From positions 1 through 47,349 of the forward strand of contig LWCA01000147.1 in the NCBI GenBank assembly GCA_001642005.1: 47,349 nt of DNA. The letters run 5' to 3'. A model generated the notes under the pieces. It saw only the letters and a program-made list of their open reading frames with translations, searched no databases and was not told the DNA's origin. Each line of letters opens with the position of its first letter. Positions within the stretch are counted from its first letter, which is position 1. The translations under genes were made by a program, and so were the position numbers. Below, piece by piece: positions 38,601-47,349 of the stretch. Source of the DNA: Intoshia linei (Eukaryota; Animalia; Orthonectida).

Positions 38601-41600
38601 TTTTGGCCGAGAAAATGCAAGGTTTTTAATTTTCAATTTATGATAATGGTCATGATTTTTAGTAAAGGGTAATTCGTGGTTTCGCCGTGGCAGTATTAAT
38701 TTTTGGATTTTAAATTTATCCTAATGTCTGTACCAAAATAACGAACATGTAATTTGTATTTTTTAATTTTCGGGGAATGTCAGTTATCCAATAAATGCTT
38801 GCAGACGGACAGACACACATTTTAGCAACTTTTACTTTATATAAGTAAGTACATATGGAAATCTTCAACCTCATTAAACTTAGCTACAGATCTTATACTT
38901 TTAGGGTTGTTTCAGTTCAATTTAAATATATTGTAACTAAATATTAAATGGTGATATACATTTTTTAATACTGCATGATGAAGTTCTGGTTTAGGTTAAA
39001 TCTGAATTAAAATAACTTGCATTATATTAACAGTTATTTTGAATATAACTGTTTAGAATTGAAGTTACTATTATAATATTAAATTAAGTTTTAATATTTA
39101 AATTATGAAAAACACCATGAAATTTTAAGCTTACATTAAGAGTTGCGATCAAACAGTTTTAAAATCACTGATCTAAGCAAAGCTGTTTACTTGATCAATT
39201 TTAATCAAATTAGCAGCATAAAAGTCTACAATGTAGTGCTATATTGTAGCAATCTCAATTGAATGAATTAATTTATTATGTCAAGAAAGTTAATTTATTG
39301 GTAAATTTATAATATTTAATTGGAAGTATATTATCGATTTTGAAAGTAAATTAAAAAATTATCAATTATAAGTTATAATTATTCCATAATGGTTACCAGA
39401 TAACACTATTATTTGATTCATTTTTCATTTAACAAAATAAAATGTATACATAGACCTGTATCGATTTTCAATAAAATAATTACGCGAACAGTCTGCAACT
39501 TATAAAATTTCAACATTCAAAATTTTATGTTAATTGCATTTGCGTTAATGAAATTATAATAAAGTGACGGTAAATTACCCTCTCTTTTAGTTTTTGTTAC
39601 TATAACGTTTTGGCAGATAAAATGATACAACAAGTATTATAAGATGGTTATTTCTGTGTACTGTACACCATCGTATCTCAACTTAAATTTTAGGACCTAA
39701 AATACAAAAATTTGAAAAATATTGGTTTATAATATATTAAATTATTCTTCACCTGGAGTGCGTAGATTTTTGAGGTTGAAATTTTGTATTTATATTAACT
39801 GGCTTAAACTCTACTAGATTAATCTTTTCTTTTTTTTTTAATTATCGCACTGTTATTATTTCACATTTTTTGTTTTAATAAAATATTTCGGAAAAAAATA
39901 TATGAATATTAATATGATTTTTTGACTGTTAAGACGTCACTTATTCAGGTTGAAATTTTTTGTGTGTGTTAACAGAATACAACTATACCACCTGTAAATT
40001 TTTTTAAATCCTAGGGCCGTTTTCATAAAAAAAGGGTAATTTGGGGTTTTGGCCCTGAAGATATATTTTTTTTAAATTTAAATTTATGACAATATTTATG
40101 ATTTTAAAATCCATATCAGAGTATATATATTTATATATTTATATTTGTATATAATATTCTGTAAGTAAAAGATTGAAATTAAAATCCTCTCCATTAAAAT
40201 ATATCAAAACAAATAGTTTTTAACCGCATGAGTATGAAATTATCATGCCCATTTTAACCCTGTTTGAACTAACAAATTTCATTAAAAAAACAATAAAAAT
40301 AATAATAAAAATCACCAAAGCCGAACCTACCTACTATGAACGTGATACATGCGTTACAGTGCGTGTTATATACTTCATATGTAGTGGTTGGAAAATATAG
40401 AAATACTAAAAATTTTCATGTTACCACACGCATAGTGTTAACTTACGAAACTAATCGGATTTTAGTATAGAAACTATTAATCTAAAAAATAAGAATTAAA
40501 TAATGATTTTCATTAAAATTTAGTTTTGTGGTGGGCATTATAATGTTAACTTTTTCTAAAAAAAAAGAAAAGAGTCATACAGGATGAGGAAAAAATTCTA
40601 AGAATGTTTTTACCATTCATTATTTTTGATTTTCAGGGCTCCAACAACTCCACAAGTTTGGGCTAATGAACGACCGTAAAATTTTGATTTACTATTTGTT
40701 TAATTATTAATTAATTTTTTTTATTATTTCATTTATTTAATTACTCAAAACTTTGTTTTCATTTTATGGAGTGAGAGGATAAACGGGGATGACACTGTCA
40801 ATAACAGTAAAAGTTTACCTCAATTGAATTATTCACAGACATTTTAGTTTTGTACATGGTGTCGTCCAGCGATACATTTAATGTCATATATTCGCTATCA
40901 TCCATGCCTATATATATTATTCATATAGATACATATACTATATTAATTATCTATAATAAATACTATAGTATTTTTCATATTATAATATTAATTTATAGAT
41001 TTTCAGAAAAGTAACCACTCTAACTTTTGAAAAGTTGACGTGAATTGGTGAAATTTCCATAGAAAAGTCAAAATTTTTCAAAAAGTGGTCATTTTCAAAT
41101 TGTATATACAATTCGATTTATTTAAAATCATACTCTCTTCTTCACCAATAGAATGTAAAGCTACATCGTCAGAAGATAAAAATTGCTTTAAAATAGCTTT
41201 TTTCCCAACTCCCCTATCTCCCATGGCAATCAAGCTAAAGTTAATTACTTTAGTTGGTCGTTGGCTGGTTTCATGTGATTTTTGGTATTCTTTAATCTAA
41301 ATATACAATAAAAACATTTGAGGGGAATGTAGTACAATGAACTACTTACAAAAGTTGAAAGTTTTCTTAAAATCCTAAATATAGATGAAAACAATTTTAT
41401 CATACTACATCATAAATCCTAATAAAGACACTTGCTGATTAGTGGAAATGAAGGGATTCTGTTACAAATATTTTTCCAAATAAATTATAAATAGAGTTTA
41501 ATCCATTATCGAAACTAATTAACCATATAGAGAGCTCAGTACACTACTAAACGGTAATTTATGTATATTCTATATATTCGATTTTCTTTTGTCACGTGTC

Positions 41601-44218
41601 TACTTCAAGATCTCCACGAACCTGACCTGTATACAGTACAAATACAGGTAAACAAGATATGTCTATATTCTTAAATAAAAGTCATAATGGATTGTACGTA
41701 ATTCACTAAAATTTTTAATTAATACTTGGATTATATTAATTTACTAGCTGACTGTTATGTACTTCTTACAAACAGCAGCTAGCTCTGCCAAGGGCCGACT
41801 TTTTAATTCATTAGAGTCTATATTATATTTATTATATCTATATTATTTTATACTAAAATGGTTTTTTGACCGTGAAGTCGTCACTTATTCGGATTGAAAT
41901 TTTCTGTGTGTGTTTAACATGATACAACTGTAGAACCTGTAATTTTTTTGAAATTCTAGGGCTGTTTTCATTCAAAAAAGAAGGGTAATTTGTGGTTTTG
42001 GCCCAAAAGATATATTTTTTTTAAATTTAAATTTATGATAATGTTTATGATTTTAAAATCGGTATCAGCGTATATATTTTTTTAAATTCTCCAACTCATT
42101 TGATTTTCAAAAAGAGGGATAACTGGAGTTTTTGACCCGTAGGATCAGAAATTGGGAAGTTGAAATTAATCTTATTATACGTCCCGGAAAAAACTGTAAT
42201 TAAAATGTGGACTTTATAAAATTCTAAGACAGGTAGTTATTGAAATAAAATGGAACACACACACAGACAGACATACAAACAAAAATCGCGTAGCATATAT
42301 AAGTTAGAATATATTTAAAATTAAAATATTGTTTTCATTTTTTTCAAAATATTTAAAATTTTTAGTAAATAAGTCGATTGGTTATTCAATATACCTTTCT
42401 TAATTTGAATACCAAAAAGGTTTAGACTGTAAAAATTATTAACGTTCCAATTTAATTGATGATTGCATGTTAAAATAAAATATAACTGAACATTACAATC
42501 ACTGATGTAAGAAAATAACGAAAAAGTAATAAATAAATTTTTACTAACGTAATACAGAAGTGTCTCAATTTTTTTTCGTTGCCTCAAAATTTATCTGTGC
42601 ACACACTTTATTTTTTTTGTGGACCTCCTTGAGAACCACTAATCTAATAATTAGAAAATAAGTCTATGATCTTAAAAAAAATTAAATTATAGTTACACTC
42701 TAAAAAGTCGTCATCAAAATATGTTTACAATATGAATCCCAAAAAATTTAAAATTTAAAAAAAATTAATACTAAAATTCTTTTTTGACCGTAAAGGTGTC
42801 ACTTTTTCAGATAACAATTTTTTGTGTGTATTAATTGGATATAACTGTTGAGCTGTAATTTTTTTTAAATTCTAGGACTATTTTAATTTTTTAAAATCAT
42901 TGTAATCTAGTGTTTTGGTTGTGAAAATGCACTTTTATAAGGTTGTGTTTGATGATAGTGTTAATAAATTTCTAACGCGTCCCAGAATGTATTTTTTTTT
43001 AATTTTAGGGCCGATTGTATTTTTAAAAAAATTTAAGTTTTCATCTTGAAAGGCTAAATTTTTGAAATGGAAACTTAGATATAAACATCACCCGCGAAAA
43101 ACGGCACTAGAAACTGGGTTTTGTACATTCTATGACTGTTAATTTTTTAAATAAACGGTAACACACAAACACAGACATTCCATTTTATATAAGGAAAGTA
43201 AAATAAAGTATGTAAAAATATCGTAAATACAAGTTCATATTGGATCATAATTATAATCAAATAAAGATAAAATAATACAATTCCGTTTTATTTTAAGTAA
43301 ATAAATTTAATAAAATACAATGTATACAGCGAGGCTCCCAATTATACATCACAGTGCATGATTTAAATGTCACTGGCGAAATTTAACTTTTATATATAAA
43401 CTGCTAATTATAAACTAACTCAAAATCCATAATACTGACTGACTGATAAACACGCTAAATGAAAATATTATGCTTAAATATAATAATTAAAATTAAAACC
43501 TAAACAAATAAATAATTACAGAATTATTAGATTTATGATAATTAGCGGTTTTAGGATTAATTGAATGGTCATCCTTGAAATCATCACCCAAATTAACAAA
43601 TCCATGTTGACTGGTCATGAAAGACCTTCGTCTTTCCCATGAAAGTTCAATATTTGATGCACTAAATCGGTTTTTATCGTAGTCGGAAATCATATCAATA
43701 TTGTATATTAAATGTTGAGAAGTACAATGTGAAAGATCGATATTCTTGCTAGTATCTGTGGTTGCGTCAGAATTGTTTGTAAGTTTTGAGTTTGTTGGTT
43801 GAAAATTTGATGTGTAATTGTCATTATCAATTTGTTTTTGCCTTTTAAGAGGTATCTTTTGAACGCTAAATGTTTCAATATTTGGATTGCGATTATAAAT
43901 CAAATTTTGAATATTTTTGTATTCACGACTTTTTGATTTGTCATTAACTTGAGATTTGTCACTTGAAATTATATTCATACTTTTGAAATCAGTCCAATTT
44001 GAATATATTGAAAGAGATTTTGTATATTTGACACTCTGAAACATTTTTTCATTTTTCACAAGTTTTCTACGATATGAAACATCATTGAAACTTTTGTTTT
44101 TAAAAACTAAAGATTTTGGATGTAATAAATTTTTGTCGTCGGTGTCAAGTTGGTTGGAATTTCTCAGTGTTAAAGTTTGTTCATTTTTTTTAAACAATTC
44201 GTCAAAATATTCATTCAT
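35607..44218 (-). CDS. RGK-family (Rad/Rem/Gem) small GTPase-like protein, about 452 aa; exons 44218-43520, 41296-41134, 40907-40819 and 36014-35607
   Basis: Invertebrate RGK N-terminal motif RRRSFMTSQHGFVNLGD, P-loop GDRGVGKK, DAYLFVYSIND, G4 GNKID, G5 YIETS, DKLLVGLLYQIKL, a basic tail and C-terminal KKCQNFKSL (compare RGK KSCHDLSVL). Exon phases 0/1/0 are consistent. Confidence 0.88.
36167..37215 (-). mobile_element. Non-autonomous Helitron-like element in an RGK intron
   Basis: Reverse complement of the 9937-10709 family. The 3' CTAG is at 36167-36170, with the hairpin TGCCGAGGGCA nearby. Confidence 0.75.
41744..42308 (-). mobile_element. Short non-autonomous Helitron-like element with both ends
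   Basis: The minus strand begins TCTAACTTATATATG..TGTCTGTCTGTGTGTGT and ends with a GC-rich subterminal motif and CTAG followed by T. Confidence 0.75.
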
Positions 44219-45131
44219 TTCAAGACGTATTCAATAATTTATTCAAATTCTTCATCCCAAATTTTTAAGTATATTAAAGGATTATGTTTCATCTTAATAT
44301 AATAAGTCTATTGAGTCTGGCTTTTAAAACAATATATCATTAGTTGCATTTTTTATTATTAATGTTTTTATTGTATACAAATAGTATAGGCTTTTACAAA
44401 ATATAATTTTTAAAGTTTTACATAATTTTAATCACTTTTTCACATATAAATCGATATAAATAACTTCAGCCCTATCGATTCAATTTAATTTTAATTATTT
44501 TATTATAATTATTGAATTAAGTTAACGTTTTATTTTATCAATATTCTCAATAAGACTTGAGAATCAATTTATTAGTTTTTAATAAATACATAGTATTGTA
44601 TACTATATAAGAAACGTTATAATAAATCATTAATATTGTCGTAAATCTCAGTCTCAGATACATACTTTCATTTTCAAAACCCAAAATTACCCTTTGTTTT
44701 AAAAATAATTATATAAATTTCATAAAACATAAATTCTGAAATAGTTTTTAAAATTATAAGCATTACAAATGGTAACCGTAAAAAACACCTTAAAAATGTA
44801 TAACAGTCAACCTAGTATTTTATATAAGTAAGAATTCCAGAAAGTTAATATGTAAAAATTCAATTTCAACTCGAAATTTTCGAGTAAGTGAAATTTCTAA
44901 AATATATTATACCACGTTGAGCACCCTAGGCTACCCACACCAGATCAAGACCCCATGATGTACTCACTGTAATTAGAATAAGTAAAGTTCTAAAAAACAG
45001 TAATTTCAAAACACAACTGCCCGTAAACCGTTTGAATTTTGAGCATCTCGACTGAATAAAATTTACAAAATCATTAATTAAATCATTAAAATCATTGAAA
45101 ATATGAAATTTAATATTGTATACAACATAGG

Positions 45132-46097
45132 TTATAAATTATCTTCATAAGATTCATAAGCACAATATTCGTCATGATCAGCATTATAATAGACTCCAAT
45201 AAAATCGATATCCAAACAAAAATCATCTTCAATCCTATCTGCCAAAGAAAACCCCATAAATTTGGTGGCAATTGGATTAAACACTTCCTGGATATCTTGA
45301 ATTAATCCACTGCTACTTAAAACTAATTTAGAAAATGGAATTTCACATATCTGCCACAATGGTCCACCTCTCGTATAAATTGGATAACAAAATTGATCTC
45401 CTTTTCGAACATCCCATTTTCGATAAGAATTATCTACTAAAAATGTATATTTTCTACCGTCACCCCGCAATCGAATGACAAAAGTATTGTAAAGTTGTAA
45501 ATCGTATATATCTTGACGGTGGAAAGATTGATATTTTAATGGACATCGTAGGTTTATCCATCCATAATTCATTGCAACAGCTTTTTCGTGAATAATTGAA
45601 CCGTCCATCCCTAACCTACCCTGTAACGTTGCACCAATTTTACCGTCCACTTTAGTAAATGTTGCTTCACTGGAACCAATTCCGTACTCTTTGTCACACG
45701 TTACCATCCAATTTTTACAAGAGTCTTTATCATCAAATTTCCATAATATTTCATAATCACCATGCTTTGAAATGTGCGTCTTTACGTAATTCATATTTTC
45801 ACGCATTTCTTTAATAAAACATTTAAACTCAGTTTTAGCATTTAGTAATGTATCTTTTAATGTCATATTTTTTAATGGTGGTGAATTTGGATCATGTAAT
45901 CTTACAAATTCGTCATTTTTCGTTAATATTTTTGTATTGGGTTGGTTTAATTTTGGTTTATGAAGATTTTTAGTTTTTTTAGAAAATTCCAAATTGGATG
46001 TATTTGAGCTTTCTGGTTTAACATGATTGATTGTTATTTTGGACAGACTACGTGTTGCAGTTGTTAATATATTACGTCCTTTGATAAAAAATTTCAT
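45132..46097 (-). CDS. NDUFAF1: Complex I intermediate-associated protein 30 (CIA30/NDUFAF1), intronless, 321 aa
   Basis: Basic, Ser/Thr-rich mitochondrial-targeting-like N-terminus. CIA30 motifs WMVTCDKEYGIGSS, IRLRGDGRKY, YPIYTRGGPLWQ..IPFSK..G.IQDIQ and FCLDIDFIGV..H.E..AYE.Y. Confidence 0.95.
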   Translation of the reverse strand: MKFFIKGRNILTTATRSLSKITINHVKPESSNTSNLEFSKKTKNLHKPKLNQPNTKILTKNDEFVRLHDPNSPPLKNMTLKDTLLNAKTEFKCFIKEMRENMNYVKTHISKHGDYEILWKFDDKDSCKNWMVTCDKEYGIGSSEATFTKVDGKIGATLQGRLGMDGSIIHEKAVAMNYGWINLRCPLKYQSFHRQDIYDLQLYNTFVIRLRGDGRKYTFLVDNSYRKWDVRKGDQFCYPIYTRGGPLWQICEIPFSKLVLSSSGLIQDIQEVFNPIATKFMGFSLADRIEDDFCLDIDFIGVYYNADHDEYCAYESYEDNL

Positions 46098-46424
46098 TTG
46101 TCAGACTATTTTCTAATAAATTCGATAAAATAAAGTTTGTAATGTTTTCATCGAATACACTTGTAAATTACAAGTTATAATTGTACAATTTACATTTTTT
46201 AATGTAATTCATTTTTATTGTAAACATTTTATTAGAAATTCATGTGAGAATTCATCGAAAACGATTAAAAATATCTAATTATGAGTGATCAATTTTTAGA
46301 CGTAAAAGTAATAAGTTAACAATAAAAATAAAGAATTGTAAATAAAAATGAAATGTTGCCATAAATAAAATTGAATTCTTCGTCTAAAAATAATAATTTT
46401 GAAATTTGGTTTTCGATGTGTACA

Positions 46425-47080
46425 CAGGGACGTGGCGTCAGGGTAGGTAGGGTAGGCACTGCCTACCCTGAGAAAATTTTAAAATATAATTGATAATTAT
46501 CAAATACAGTATAAAAAAATATTTAAATAAACTGCAAAATTAAACTTTTTAGAGTAAATTGTCATTTTAAGTTTCTCTTGGAGACATGTAATAAATAATA
46601 ATATAGTTAATTAATTTATCAATTCATTGTGAAGTGGATATAATTTATTATGTAAGAATTTGTTACTCATAAATGAGTCATAATTATATGACTACATGAC
46701 TAATGTAGTAAACACAGCCAAGATAATATTTTGCTAAACTTTTAAAGCCTAAACAAATATGCTTAACTTATTGATTGAATTAGTATCGTAATTGCATGCT
46801 ACTTTATGAGTCATAAATTATGACGTAAGTTACTTCATGTAACTAACGGTACTAAAATAGCACTGGGTAGGTAGCATAAAATATGCCTACCTCACATTTG
46901 CACTCATCTATAGAAACGATGCAAAATTTACATATCGTTTTATAATAAACGTAATTGAATCATTGCAGTGCAACAAATAATTTCAATTGTTAACATGTTC
47001 CATAATATAATTATTTCTCAGGGTAGGCACATTTTATGCTGCCTACCCAGTGCTATTTTAGTACAGTTAGTTACATGAAG
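46425..47080. mobile_element. MITE-like element with GGGTAGGCA/TGCCTACCC hairpin repeats and a 59-bp inverted repeat
   Basis: CAGGGACGTGGCGTCAGGGTAGGTAGGGTAGGCACTGCCTACCCTGA at about 46425. Inverted repeat arms lie at 46833-46891 and 47022-47080. Confidence 0.6.
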
Positions 47081-47349
47081 AGTACAATTTAAACTTAAAA
47101 TTGATCAAGTTCATTAAATTATTTTATTTTATTCATCAATTTATCACTCATTATTTATTACTCACATTTTAAAGTATTATATTGCTATTTTAATCAGGTT
47201 ATTTTCTGATGTACTTTATAAAATGGAACTTTTTAGAATATTATTTTTAATATAAAATGGATAGCATTGAACTTAAGATTTTTTTTATATTATCCTTTCA
47301 AGAAAAGTGTCAAATAATTAGTAGCGGTAGACCAACGCCAAACATCGAC

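Noticed and set aside
39453-39540. Candidate extra RGK exon ending ...LKIDT
   Set aside because: Its phase-1 donor is incompatible with the phase-0 acceptor at 36014, and exon 40907-40819 already joins in frame.
41655-41680. miR-190-like sequence AGATATGTCTATATTCTT
   Set aside because: There is no complementary star arm, and the host gene is not talin.

Overview
Very AT-rich eukaryotic (animal) genomic DNA with many tiny GT-AG introns (about 30-50 nt) and longer TE-filled introns. The style resembles a compact, fast-evolving invertebrate genome such as the orthonectid Intoshia linei (inference only). By manually splicing exons I reconstruct eight protein-coding genes: (1) a secreted, probably GPI-anchored protein made of two tandem TMEM145/GPR180-type N-terminal domains with no 7TM region (7188-8769, +); (2) TMEM126 (10771-11540, -); (3) an unknown two-exon gene (12883-14769, +); (4) a class B1 secretin-family GPCR (about 19075-25592, +); (5) a zinc-finger plus WD40 protein resembling TFIIIC subunit GTF3C2 (25932-33206, +); (6) a globin with an atypical distal pocket (34533-35337, -); (7) an RGK-family GTPase with degenerate G1/G3 motifs (35607-44218, -); (8) NDUFAF1/CIA30 (45132-46097, -). 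The rest is dominated by DNA transposon debris: Tc1 DD34E elements, a pogo/Tigger derivative, hAT MITEs with 8-bp TSDs, a MULE fragment and many non-autonomous Helitron-like copies. The most intriguing non-coding signal is a bipartite motif, TTACCTG-N10-GGCGCCAAA, repeated about every 90 bp at 1982-2270 with a solo copy at 6199. No rRNA, tRNA or CRISPR array was recognised. All family calls come from recalled motifs, not database searches.
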